A DNA stretch of 64,000 bases, taken from NCBI GenBank assembly GCA_963664015.2, contig CAXXLF010000002.1, forward strand, positions 352,001-416,000. The letters run 5' to 3'. The notes beneath the pieces are model-generated. The model made no database searches, was not told the DNA's origin, and saw nothing but the letters and a program-made list of their open reading frames with translations. A program made the translations under genes and the position numbers. Each line of letters starts with the position of its first letter. The stretch's first letter is position 1. This document shows, one piece after another, positions 50,572-60,501 of the stretch. This DNA comes from Candidatus Binatia bacterium (GTDB lineage Bacteria > Desulfobacterota > Binatia > UBA9968 > CAXXLF01).

Positions 50572-50784
50572 ATGAAAGTCACTGTAGATTCGACCCTATG
50601 CGACGGACACGGAAAATGTGTCGAGGTTTCCCCCAAGGTCTTTAAGATGAATGAGCAGTATATTTCGGAGATCATCGATACCCACGGGGACACGGACGAG
50701 AAGATCCTGCTTGCGGCCAAGGTCTGCCCGGCCAAGGCCATCTTCCTTGAAGAAGAGGAGAGCGGAAAGAAAATCTTTCCTTAG
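50572..50784 (+). CDS. Single-cluster ferredoxin (3Fe-4S type)
   Basis: CDGHGKC...CP; AAGGAGG SD. Confidence 0.9.
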   Translation: MKVTVDSTLCDGHGKCVEVSPKVFKMNEQYISEIIDTHGDTDEKILLAAKVCPAKAIFLEEEESGKKIFP

Positions 50785-50798
50785 AGATATTTCCCCAT

Positions 50799-51923
50799 AT
50801 GACATCCGCCCGTTATGTCATTGTCGGCGGCGGTTTTGCCGGTGCCTCGCTCGCCTATCATCTCGCCGCCAACGGAGCCGAGGGAGTCCTGTTGGTCGAG
50901 CAGGAGAACGTCCCCGGCGTCCATTCCTCCGGGCGTAACGCTTCCATGATACGCCAGGTGATCCCCGACCCGGCCATCGCTTCGCTGGCGAGCCAAGGGG
51001 CCACCTTCCTACGCACCCCCCCCATCCAATGGAAAGCCCCGGTAATCTTTCAGCAAAACGGTTCCCTCCTACTGGCCAGTAACGAGGCCCTTCACAATCT
51101 ACGACGTGATGCGGACCAGGCGCAGCAGAGTGGGATAGAGGTAGAGTTCTGGACTCGGCATATGGCCCAGAGCAGGATCGAGGTCCTCAAGGGCGCCGAC
51201 TTTGAAGGAGCGATTTGGTGTCCTACTGATGGAGTCGTCGATATCCATGCCCTGCTTACCGGCTTTCTCAAGGAAGCCACTTCACTGGGCGTGGAGATTC
51301 GCTATGGCTGTCCTGTACAGAAGATAGATGTTAAAGCGGGCCGGATCACCGGTGTCGTGGCAGGAGGTGAATCGATCAAGACCGAGGTGGTCATCAACGC
51401 CGCTGGAGCCTGGGCGGGGGAAATCGGGCGAATGGCCGCAGCTTCAACCGTACCTTTACACCCTTTACGACGCCACCTCTTTGTAACGCCCCCCCTGCCC
51501 TGGGTGGATCCCGCATGGCCTTTTATATGGGACGTTTCTCACGGATTTTATTTTCGACCCGATTCGGGCGGGTTGCTCTTATGCGCCTGCGATGAGGACG
51601 AGATGCCTCCGGGACTTCCACCAACGGAAGATCCCATCGTGGAGATACTGGCGGATAAGGCCTGGTGCTATTTTCCCGAGCTAGCCAACGTACCCATCAA
51701 GACCTGCTGGGCCGGGCTCAGGACCTTTGCCTCAGATGGTCGATTCGTGATCGGTTGGGACGGGAAGTGTCAGGGCTTTTTCTGGCTTGCCGGACTTGGC
51801 GGCCACGGCGTGACCACCAGCCCCGCCGTCGGCGCGCTGGCAAGCCGGTTGCTGATCCAACGGGATACTAGCGAGGGGAGTGAATTTAGCCCCCAACGAT
51901 TCAACCCTTCCGTACGTCCTTGA
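50799..51923 (+). CDS. FAD-dependent oxidoreductase (DAO/glycine oxidase family)
   Basis: VGGGFAG, SSGRNA, NAAGAWA, WAGLR, GLGGHG. Confidence 0.92.
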   Translation: MTSARYVIVGGGFAGASLAYHLAANGAEGVLLVEQENVPGVHSSGRNASMIRQVIPDPAIASLASQGATFLRTPPIQWKAPVIFQQNGSLLLASNEALHNLRRDADQAQQSGIEVEFWTRHMAQSRIEVLKGADFEGAIWCPTDGVVDIHALLTGFLKEATSLGVEIRYGCPVQKIDVKAGRITGVVAGGESIKTEVVINAAGAWAGEIGRMAAASTVPLHPLRRHLFVTPPLPWVDPAWPFIWDVSHGFYFRPDSGGLLLCACDEDEMPPGLPPTEDPIVEILADKAWCYFPELANVPIKTCWAGLRTFASDGRFVIGWDGKCQGFFWLAGLGGHGVTTSPAVGALASRLLIQRDTSEGSEFSPQRFNPSVRP

Positions 51924-51944
51924 TCGAAAACAAAAGCTTCGAAT

Positions 51945-53174
51945 TCAAGCTTCGAAGATGAGGCTGGCAAAGCTGCAAATGGAGCCGACACTATCCATCT
52001 CGCCGTGGTCGTGGGAAAGAAGGGTCCCCTTGGTCGCATCCAGCGATTTGAGGAGCGTATAGATAGGAGACAACCCGCAGATCCTGCGGCGGTCTTCCTC
52101 TTGATCGATGTAGTTTAAAAATCCGTCACCATCGAGCTGCTGGGCGTAAACAAGCATCTCCGCATCAGCCTTCTTGACCTCCGCCAGCCTTTCACCGTCG
52201 ATCCCTTCTCTGTCGCCATAGCGAGGCCCCACGTGGGCGAGATCTGCACTTGCGACCACGCATACGCGACGCTTTTCCTGTCCAAGAGCCGTCCCGAGCG
52301 CCTCTATAAATTGCCGGACCATGTCCCCAGTTCCCCCGTCCGTCACCATCCGATGCCCGAAGGAGCAAAGAACCGGGACCAGCGAAACCGAGGTCCCGAA
52401 GAGCAACTGCAAGAACAGCACCTGGAATTCAATGGTGTGCTCGTTACGATGGGCAAACTCTTCCGAGAAAAGATCGTAGGGACAGAGAGAGGCCAATCGT
52501 TCCACGAATTCAGAGTCCACGGTCAATCGCCCCAAAGGCGTTTCGAAGTCCTTTCGAGTCACCGAATAGAGATTCTTGAGACCGCTATGTCCGGTCCCCA
52601 GGACAATAACAACATCCGGTCTCTCTGCCTCGGCAAGCTCTTTGTAGGCCCAGGCATAGGAGTGCCCACCCAGTCTCAAATCAATGTGGGGAACGATCAT
52701 ACCGCGAATTTGCCGATGGCTGTTTACCCCATCGGGATAACCGGGCCCCCGGGGTGGTGAAAAGTGTTGCCTCAATGATTCATGGAGCCCCGCCGGGTCC
52801 GTGGCATATCCACCCCCCGCATGGTAGGCCTCACGCACCTCTGCCTTTTGAAAGGCCTCAACGAGACTCTTGAACTGCCTCCGGAACTTATCGCTGACAA
52901 GGAAGAGGGCCTCGTCCAGCGCTTGAACCAGTTCGATTAAATGACCCAATGGGAACTCTCGCTTCCATTGATGCTTATAAGCGGCCTGGATTTCGTTCAA
53001 CGTACGTGTTCCATCCAAGAACTGTAGGGCCCCGGCAACTTCCGGTGGGACACCGAGAACGTGAGGACTGATTTGCTGAGGGTCCCGAAGTGCAAAGAGC
53101 TTCCGTCCCTCCTCTCCCTTGAAAGGGAAAAACTCTACATAACGCAAATGTGGACGCAGATTTTTGTCTTCCAT
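51945..53174 (-). CDS. AmmeMemoRadiSam system protein B (MEMO1 family)
   Basis: PHID, GTGH, FETPLG, EHTIEFQ, SADLAHVG, ICG..P. Confidence 0.92.
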   Translation of the reverse strand: MEDKNLRPHLRYVEFFPFKGEEGRKLFALRDPQQISPHVLGVPPEVAGALQFLDGTRTLNEIQAAYKHQWKREFPLGHLIELVQALDEALFLVSDKFRRQFKSLVEAFQKAEVREAYHAGGGYATDPAGLHESLRQHFSPPRGPGYPDGVNSHRQIRGMIVPHIDLRLGGHSYAWAYKELAEAERPDVVIVLGTGHSGLKNLYSVTRKDFETPLGRLTVDSEFVERLASLCPYDLFSEEFAHRNEHTIEFQVLFLQLLFGTSVSLVPVLCSFGHRMVTDGGTGDMVRQFIEALGTALGQEKRRVCVVASADLAHVGPRYGDREGIDGERLAEVKKADAEMLVYAQQLDGDGFLNYIDQEEDRRRICGLSPIYTLLKSLDATKGTLLSHDHGEMDSVGSICSFASLIFEA

Positions 53175-53273
53175 GGCATTCCTCAAATCAGCTTTGACTG
53201 CCCAACAGGCCCCGTACAACGGCGCAAGATTAGTTCATAATTGAAAAAGGGTCAAACAGAAAGCCATGCGGCC

Positions 53274-53438
53274 TGGTTGATTGAGTTCGTTGGGTTCATT
53301 GCGTTGATTCAGTTATCGGGTACCAAATAACCGGTGGCTATTTGCTCCAACTCTGACCTCCGACTTCCGATCTCTGATCTCTGTCTTCCATCCTCTATCC
53401 CCGATCCTCAATCCGCAATCTACAATCAAAAATCTCCA
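53274..53438. repeat. Mosaic periodic repeat element D
   Basis: GAGTTCGTT GGGTTCATT GCGTTGATT; CTGACCT CCGACTT CCGATCT CTGATCT CTGTCTT CCATCCT CTATCCC CGATCCT. Confidence 0.85.
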
Positions 53439-53530
53439 CTCCTCTTCCGCCGGTTGACAATGCCTGAAGGGAATGAAAGGTTTGAACGTTAGTACCGTTC
53501 AGAAATCCTTCGTCATGGATTGCCAATCAA

Positions 53531-54352
53531 ATGCGCGATAAAGAATCAACGGAATTTCTTGCGGCCGCCTGGGAGGCTGCAAAGTCCGCAGGCTCTCTGA
53601 TCCGGGATAACTGGCGGAAAAAAAAACAAATCGAATACAAATCATCCATCGATCTGGTCACTGCCATCGATCGGGAATCGGAGCAACTTATCGTCAGAAC
53701 CCTCCAGAAGCGCTTTCCCCAACACGCTATCCTCGCAGAAGAAAATACGGCCATCGGCGGTAACGAAAGCGATTACCGCTGGATCATAGACCCATTGGAT
53801 GGAACCACCAATTTTGCCCATGACTATCCCCAGTTCTCCGTGTCCATTGCTCTCGAACGGCAAGGGAAAGTCATTCTGGGGCTCGTCCACGACCCCATAC
53901 GGGAAGAGACTTTCAAGGCGTACGAAGGACAGGGCGCCTATCTAAACGAAAGTCCGATTCATGTTTCCGAGGGAGCAGAGCTCGGGAAAGCACTCGTGGC
54001 AACCGGGTTTCCCTACGATCGCAGGGAAAAGGCTGATTTCTACCTTTCCTTCTACAAGAAGTTCATGATGTCCACCCACGGGGTACGGCGCGCCGGGTCC
54101 GCGGCCCTGGATCTCTGTTTCGTCGCCTGCGGACGCGTCGACGGGTTTTGGGAGTTTGGACTCCACGCATGGGACATCGCGGCGGGAAGCCTGATCGTAA
54201 AGGAGGCCGGTGGGACCGTAACAGACCTCTCGGGTCAACAATTCTCCATTATGGGCACCGAGACCCTGGCTTCTAATGGCAGAATCCATGAGGCCATGCT
54301 CCAGGCTATCCGGGAAACCCGCAACGTTGACTCTCCCCCGGGAGATTGTTAA
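53531..54352 (+). CDS. suhB: Inositol monophosphatase family protein
   Basis: DLVT, WIIDPLDGTTNF, TGFPY, RRAGSAALDL, WDIAAG. Confidence 0.92.
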   Translation: MRDKESTEFLAAAWEAAKSAGSLIRDNWRKKKQIEYKSSIDLVTAIDRESEQLIVRTLQKRFPQHAILAEENTAIGGNESDYRWIIDPLDGTTNFAHDYPQFSVSIALERQGKVILGLVHDPIREETFKAYEGQGAYLNESPIHVSEGAELGKALVATGFPYDRREKADFYLSFYKKFMMSTHGVRRAGSAALDLCFVACGRVDGFWEFGLHAWDIAAGSLIVKEAGGTVTDLSGQQFSIMGTETLASNGRIHEAMLQAIRETRNVDSPPGDC

Positions 54353-54363
54353 AAAGAAGCCCC

Positions 54364-54438
54364 GCGCCCGTAGTGAAAAGGATATCACGAGGGTCTCCGA
54401 AACCCTAACTCCGAGTTCGATTCTCGGCGGGCGCACCA
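54364..54438 (+). tRNA. tRNA-Arg (anticodon CCG)
   Basis: Acceptor GCGCCCG/CGGGCGC, D stem GTGA/TCAC, anticodon arm AGGGT-CTCCGAA-ACCCT, T loop TTCGATT, encoded CCA. Confidence 0.95.
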
Positions 54439-54559
54439 TTAAAAGTCCCCGCGTTTAAAAGGCAACCTATGATCTTCATCCCCGCAATGAAAATGTCTAA
54501 CGCATCCGTTGGGTCTCAATTGCCTACAGAACCTGCCCACTGGGAAGGAGAACACATCC

Positions 54560-55354
54560 ATGCTCGAACTCTATCATGGTGAGGGATCAGTCTGCGCACG
54601 AAAGGTCCGAATCGTGCTTGCCGAAAAGGGCATAACAGACTGGGTCGGCCATATGGTCAACCTCGGCAAGGGTGAGCATACAAGACCCGAATACCTGGCG
54701 CTTAATCCGAAGGGCGTCATTCCCACGCTTGTTCACGACGGCCATGTGATTACCGAGTCCACCGTCATCTGTGAATACCTGGAAGACATCTTCCCCAAGC
54801 CGCCTTTGCGGCCTACGGATCCCGTCGCCACAGCGATGATGCGCAAATGGGCCAAGATCCCCGACGAGGAGATCCACCCGGCCTGTGCCGCGATTTCTTC
54901 CGCCGGCCTTCTGGGCCGCGCCCGGCGCAAAAACCAAGAACAGTATTTAAAGCAACTCGCGAACGTACCCGATCACATCCGGGCAAATAATGCCCGGGAC
55001 TGCACACTGGAACGGTGGCAAAATCCGGTTGTTAAAAACTCCGTCTTGATCCATCAAACACTATTAAAGAATATGGAAAAGGAGCTTTCCAAGAACGGAC
55101 CTTGGTTGGCAGGTAAAATGTTTACCCTCGCCGATGTAGGGATAACCCCCTATGTTCACCGGTTATTGGAAATGGGCTTGCAGGAAATGTGGGCCGACCG
55201 GCCTCAGGTTACCGAATGGCTGGAGCGAGTCATGGCCCGACCGAGTTTCAAGGAGGCCATCGACAAATACGAAGCCCGCTATGTAGTTGACGCAGATGAG
55301 GCAGAGGACGGGTACGACAGGGCCGAGGTCCAAAAAATCTTTGCCGCCGCTTAA
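54560..55354 (+). CDS. Glutathione S-transferase family protein
   Basis: SVCARKVR, LNPKGVIPTL, ESTVICEYL, FTLADV. Confidence 0.92.
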   Translation: MLELYHGEGSVCARKVRIVLAEKGITDWVGHMVNLGKGEHTRPEYLALNPKGVIPTLVHDGHVITESTVICEYLEDIFPKPPLRPTDPVATAMMRKWAKIPDEEIHPACAAISSAGLLGRARRKNQEQYLKQLANVPDHIRANNARDCTLERWQNPVVKNSVLIHQTLLKNMEKELSKNGPWLAGKMFTLADVGITPYVHRLLEMGLQEMWADRPQVTEWLERVMARPSFKEAIDKYEARYVVDADEAEDGYDRAEVQKIFAAA

Positions 55355-55408
55355 CACGAGTAAGCTGTCTGTGCAACGAAACCTATGAGTCTTTAATTTT
55401 GGAAATTC

Positions 55409-55790
55409 CTAGCGTGCAGGGAATACGAAGGCCTGGCTCGGATTGATTTGAACCAGAACGGCGCTCCCCAGCTCAGGTAAAAAGACACCCGGAATGCGGG
55501 CCCGAAGTTCGAAACCACCTTTAGCTTTCCCGCCCTCGCAGCCAACCCGAACAAAGGTTGATCGTCCCACAAGCCGGCCTGAAAGTACGGTAACCGCGTT
55601 CGCTCCGGAAAAACCCTGGCCTGCCACTGTGAGCGAGAGACCATCGGGCAGGTTTGCGGCCTCGAATCGGCCGATCGTAGTCTCGACGGTACCGGCGGTC
55701 ACGGTGCCGGGAGCCCGGTTGATGGGCCCGAACAGTGCAGCCCCGTAGTCGTTCGCTGGTTTGAAATAGGCATCCGCCGGTGTCGTTGTC
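55409..55790 (-). pseudogene. C-terminal remnant of Fe3+/polyamine-type ABC ATPase (TOBE region)
   Basis: TPADAY.KPA....A.LFG.IN and TOBE-like tail; no Walker motifs upstream. Confidence 0.55.
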
Positions 55791-56050
55791 GTTGAGGACT
55801 GCACCATGGTTCACCGGGAAGAGGAACCGCCGGGGGCAAATGAAGGTGCACTGAGAATTATCCGGAATGTCCTCGGTGGTGAGGACTTGCCATTGCAAGA
55901 GGTTACCGCAAAGTACCTGAGCCCGGGATGATTCTACGGGATGAGATCAGATTTCGGCTCTTGAGCTGCTTCAAGGCATCGACCACCACCTCATCCCGTA
56001 GAACGTCATTAACCTCAAGGGATCTGTCGATCTCGCCATATCCCACCATG

Positions 56051-57097
56051 TTATGCCTGGGCGCACCTCATGTCGGTTATGGAAGGCAGATCAACATCGA
56101 GTTTCTTCCAGCGGTTTCCTTCATCATCACTTTGGTAGAGACTCCCGTTTCTCAGGCCCGCATAGAGGTGGTTGGGTTCCACTCCATCGATCACGAGAGA
56201 TTCGGCGTACTCCCGATTAAACTCGGGAACCTTTCCTTCCACCTTTTCCCAATCTTTCCCTCCATTCCGAGTTCTTACGATGAAACTTTCAGCCCCGGAG
56301 GATCTCCTCCTCCAATCCCCCGGGCTCCCCTTCGCCACAACCGAGTATAGAATATCGGGATTATTCGGATGCATGACCAGCGGCACCGAGTATTCTTCCT
56401 CGAAGTTCATCGCAAGGGGGATCCAGCTCTCACCACCATCGGGGGTCTCGTACAGGGCCCGTCCGGGGGCCTTGCCGTCCCTGGAATAATCTCCTCCGGT
56501 GGCGATATAAACATGCTTGGAATCCTCGGGGTCTATGACGAATGTATGGACGTCCGCGTCCACGCCTTCATTCAAAAGCTTCCAGCTTGCCCCCCCGTCG
56601 CTGCTCTTGAGCATGAAGCCGACCTGAAGGGCCGCATACAAAATGTTAGAATCTTTCGGGTCAACAGCAATGTCCCTAACGTGGGGCTCAACCCTGCCGT
56701 TGACATAGTTTACTGACGATACCCAGGGGACGTTCCATACGGCATCCAACCGGGACCAACTTTTTCCCGTATCGTGGCTAACGAAGATATCAATGGGCTC
56801 GGTTCCCGCGTAGATCGTATCCGGGTCTTGAGGATCCACAGTTACGCATCGCACTTTACCCGGACCACGTTTTCCGTAGCAGGGCTTCTTCCAGCTCTGG
56901 CCGAAGTCTTCGCTCAACCAGACACCGTCGCCCCGCGTCCCCACAACAACCTGGTTGGGTCGGGTGGGAACCGTTGTAAATTTTGGGACTTCCCAATTCT
57001 TTAAACTGTGACTCTCCACCTTCCATGACTGGCGATCTTCACTCTTGAGAGTAAAGAAGCCCTTTTCAGTACCCACATACATCCGGGATGCTCCCAT
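56051..57097 (-). CDS. BNR/Asp-box beta-propeller protein
   Basis: Repeated S.D.G.SW Asp-boxes; no signal peptide. Confidence 0.88.
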   Translation of the reverse strand: MGASRMYVGTEKGFFTLKSEDRQSWKVESHSLKNWEVPKFTTVPTRPNQVVVGTRGDGVWLSEDFGQSWKKPCYGKRGPGKVRCVTVDPQDPDTIYAGTEPIDIFVSHDTGKSWSRLDAVWNVPWVSSVNYVNGRVEPHVRDIAVDPKDSNILYAALQVGFMLKSSDGGASWKLLNEGVDADVHTFVIDPEDSKHVYIATGGDYSRDGKAPGRALYETPDGGESWIPLAMNFEEEYSVPLVMHPNNPDILYSVVAKGSPGDWRRRSSGAESFIVRTRNGGKDWEKVEGKVPEFNREYAESLVIDGVEPNHLYAGLRNGSLYQSDDEGNRWKKLDVDLPSITDMRCAQA

Positions 57098-57367
57098 TTT
57101 TACCTCCTTTATTTAAGTAGAACAGACTTAAGACTCTGCCGGACGAATCTTTGGAAAAACGATCTTCCGTCATAGGGCCTTTTTCCATAATAAATCTTCT
57201 TTATTATTCGATGATCTAATTGAACGACAGGATACAGCACAGCTAGCAACTCGACTCCTCCTCACACCAGATACGCAAAGGGATGTAAAGGGCCGTATAA
57301 GCCAGGGGAACACTTAATTCTGGAACGATTCGATTCAAATTAGAATGGGAAAGCATTGTCGAACTTT

Positions 57368-58348
57368 CTAACTGGACACCGCTGAAAGCGCTCGTTTAGC
57401 GAGCGTTTTCGCCAACTGGACCTTGTACTGATTCATTTTTAGAGGACGGGCGTCGGCGAGGGCAACCTCGCTCGCCTGACTTGCCGAAGCTTCGTCGATT
57501 TTCTTTCCACGGAAAAAGTTCTCGGCCTCAAGGCTACGAAAGGGATGAGTAGCCACGCCTCCAAATACCAGCCTCACACCGTCCGATTGCACTGTTTTCT
57601 CCTCCGCTACAGCCGCCACGCTGGCCACGGCAAAATCCCAAGACTTCCGGTAGGCGAATTTTATATAGGTGCTACGCGCCTGCCTAAACGGAACTTCGAC
57701 CTCGCTGATGATTTCATCATGCTGCAAGATATGGCACTGCAATCGACTTCCGACCCAAATATGACCCGGGAAGAAATCGGCGGCAGAAACCGTCCGCGGT
57801 CCTCTCGGTGAGGCGATGTGAATGCTTGCATCCAGGGCTACCAGTGCCGGCCCCAAATCCGAAGGATGATTGGCCAAGCAGAGATGACCACCCATGACAC
57901 TTCCATAAATACTGCTGTCACCGCCGGCCAGGTCGCAGAATTTACCGCCTGACTTCCAGCAGGAAAATCCGTCCTGAAGATACCAGCACCACACATCCTG
58001 ACAGAGGTTACCCCCTATCGTTCCAAAGTTACGGATCTGCGGAGACGCCACGACCTCCGCCGCTTGGCCCAATGCATGGAAGTGAAGCTGAACCTCGGCT
58101 GAGGATGAGATGGCCGAGAGGGTGACCAGAGAGCCGATTCTCAAGCCGCCGTTCTTCTCGTGGCGAATCTGGTTTAATCCCGGGATCGTCTTCAAATTGA
58201 CTAGCACAGTGGGTGTCACGATATATTTTTTCATCCGAAAAAGGATATCCTGGCCCCCTGCAATCACGCGAGCCGCTTCGCCGTGTTGACCGAGGAGAGC
58301 GGTGGCGTGGTCAACTGACGTCGCATTAAAATGTTCAAAATCTTTCAA
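57368..58348 (-). CDS. Xanthine dehydrogenase-family FAD subunit (PaoB/YagS type, with Cys insert)
   Basis: AGGQD, ASPQIRN.GTIGGNLCQ..C..C..C, HPSD, RKSWDFA, N.YK. Confidence 0.92.
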   Translation of the reverse strand: MKDFEHFNATSVDHATALLGQHGEAARVIAGGQDILFRMKKYIVTPTVLVNLKTIPGLNQIRHEKNGGLRIGSLVTLSAISSSAEVQLHFHALGQAAEVVASPQIRNFGTIGGNLCQDVWCWYLQDGFSCWKSGGKFCDLAGGDSSIYGSVMGGHLCLANHPSDLGPALVALDASIHIASPRGPRTVSAADFFPGHIWVGSRLQCHILQHDEIISEVEVPFRQARSTYIKFAYRKSWDFAVASVAAVAEEKTVQSDGVRLVFGGVATHPFRSLEAENFFRGKKIDEASASQASEVALADARPLKMNQYKVQLAKTLAKRALSAVSS

Positions 58349-58875
58349 CGTCCGGCTCCATCGGCCGCCGCTTCCTTCACCGCTTGAATCACCGAGGTAT
58401 AACCGGTACAGCGACAGAGAACCCCTGATAAAGCCATGCGAATTTCATCGTCCGACGGATTGGGCTTTCTATCCAACAAAGCCTTGGCCGACATGATCAT
58501 CCCGGGAGTGCACCAGCCGCACTGCGCCGCATAGAGTGAGGCAAAGTAGTTTTGGAGCGGGTGAGGCTCGGACCCGTTCGAAAGTCCCTCGATGGTCTGG
58601 ATATCCTTACCTTCCGCTTCAACGGCAAGTGTGACGCAAGAATAGGCATCGAGCCCGTTGATCAGTACCGTACACGAGCCGCAGCCACCGTAGTCGCAGG
58701 CCCGTTTCGTACCGGTAAGGTCCAACCGGTTTCTCAGCACGTCGTTCAATGTCCAGGTCGAGGCTACTTTGACACGGTGAGATTGACCGTTGACGGTTAG
58801 CTCAATATCGTACAAATGGCGCGGGTCTTCGGGTTGTTTCTGCTCGTCTACTTCCGCCACAGATAGTTTCCCCAT
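58345..58875 (-). CDS. Xanthine dehydrogenase-family (2Fe-2S) subunit
   Basis: GTKRACDYGGCGSCTV, QCGWCTPG, LCRCTGY. Confidence 0.95.
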   Translation of the reverse strand: MGKLSVAEVDEQKQPEDPRHLYDIELTVNGQSHRVKVASTWTLNDVLRNRLDLTGTKRACDYGGCGSCTVLINGLDAYSCVTLAVEAEGKDIQTIEGLSNGSEPHPLQNYFASLYAAQCGWCTPGMIMSAKALLDRKPNPSDDEIRMALSGVLCRCTGYTSVIQAVKEAAADGAGR

Positions 58876-59087
58876 AAATAGTCAACTACAGTTCGATTGA
58901 ATGCTCTGAATTCATCCAAACCCGACAAAACACATGCCTCGACAGCACTTTAGCAAAGAGAATCTAAAGCACGGCCAAAATCGCATATCCGATTGGGGAT
59001 GTCAATTGACTGTTTTACACCGTCGAGGCGCTAGGAACCCTGGGATTAGGAAAGATTCGATTGAAATTTAAACGGAACCAAGTTGCC

Positions 59088-60198
59088 CTAAGGGCGCAAG
59101 GCCCGGTACAGAAACGGCAGGCTTCGATCCATGCGGTAGTCGATACCCGAGTGCGTACCGTCAAACTCCTCGTAGATGTGCTCGATACGTTGCTCGCGAA
59201 GACGTTTGGAGAGGATGCGGGATCCGTACTGGATGTGGTACTGGTCGCGCCATCCGCAATCGATAAAAATCCCCTTCAGCGTCTTGAGGTTGTTTCGATA
59301 GCGCTTGACCAAATGAATGGGGTCGTGACGCAACCATTGGCGCCAACGGTTCTCCAGTATTTCACCGGTCTCCAAATTGAAGGGCAGACGAAAGCCGTTT
59401 GGCGCCTTCGGGTCCGGGTCGTAAGTAGCGGCCATACACAGGTTCATCAGGCAATGCACCTCTGAACCTGAGAGATTATCTTTTTTCCAAATGGCTTTTA
59501 GAAAGTTCCTTACGCGCCCGTCATCAAGGCCTTCCTTTGCCCCACGTTCTTCCTTGAGCACATCGATAGCACCCGCCCTTCGCTTACGGGGCCGGTGCCT
59601 GGCGACCTCCTTCAGAGTATTCGGCCAATCGCTTCGGTAGATGTAATCGAAATAGGTATCACCCGAATGGTCAGCCACCGCACCCCAGATACTCGGGTAT
59701 TTCATACCATGCAAAATCGCCCCATACCCGCCCGAGGACTTACCGAAGCAACCCCGGTGCTCCCGCGACGCGAGAGTTCGAAACTGACGATCGACGAAAG
59801 GAACCAGCTCGCGGGTGATATAGTCCGCATACTGCCCAATGGCCGAGGAGTTCACGTATTGATTACCGCCAAGGGCCGTGAAACAATCGGCAAAGACAAT
59901 GAGGCAAGGCCCCATCTTGCTCTCATGGATGAGCCGTGCCGCCCGTTCCGGCACATTTTCATCGAAGCTCCGCCAGTTGGTGTGTGATTTTCCAGAACCC
60001 GTATAGCCGACGAGATCGAACACTACGGGAAATCGTTTGCCGCGTCCTCCGGTCGCACCCTCATCGTATTCGGGCGGTAGCCAAACATCGAGCATTCGTA
60101 CATGGGGATCCCTGAGAGGATTATGCGCCAGGACCCTGGAAACATGCTCCAGGGTTACAACCGTTCCGGGATGACCACTTCGGTCTTTTGAGTGCCAT
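59088..60198 (-). CDS. Enterochelin-esterase-like alpha/beta hydrolase; N-terminus frameshifted near 60170
   Basis: GKSSGG nucleophile, DQY, F.GTH; upstream NPLRDP.VR is in frame but ATG 60198 is out of frame by one base. Confidence 0.8.
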
Positions 60199-60398
60199 TG
60201 TAGGACCTCGACTTAAAAATGATTGGGGATGTTATTGTGGAGCATTAATAACCGATGCAGGGCTATTGTGTCAACGCAACCTCAGTTTCCAGACAAAGCT
60301 AGACACGCGTTCTCAACGGAATGAAGGTAAGCTTCTTCACATCAACTGGTGCCCCCCATATTCCTCGGAAGAGCAAGAAGGCGAGCCTGACCCTCCGC

Positions 60399-60501
60399 TA
60401 TTCAATCCCTTAAGAAAATCAATCCGAAAGTCATTGTGCCAGAGCACTGTACAGGATGGCGTGCAAACCATGAGATAGCTCGGGAATATTATCTTGCCTA
60501 G
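60399..60501 (+). pseudogene. MBL-fold hydrolase C-terminal remnant
   Basis: Manual translation LKKINPKVIVPEHCTGWRA (P.HCTG motif). Confidence 0.55.

Noticed and set aside
54349-54453. Short similar motifs (TTAAAA..CCCCGCG) either side of tRNA-Arg; possible integration site
   Set aside because: Short and imperfect; no adjacent integrase and no duplicated tRNA 3' end seen
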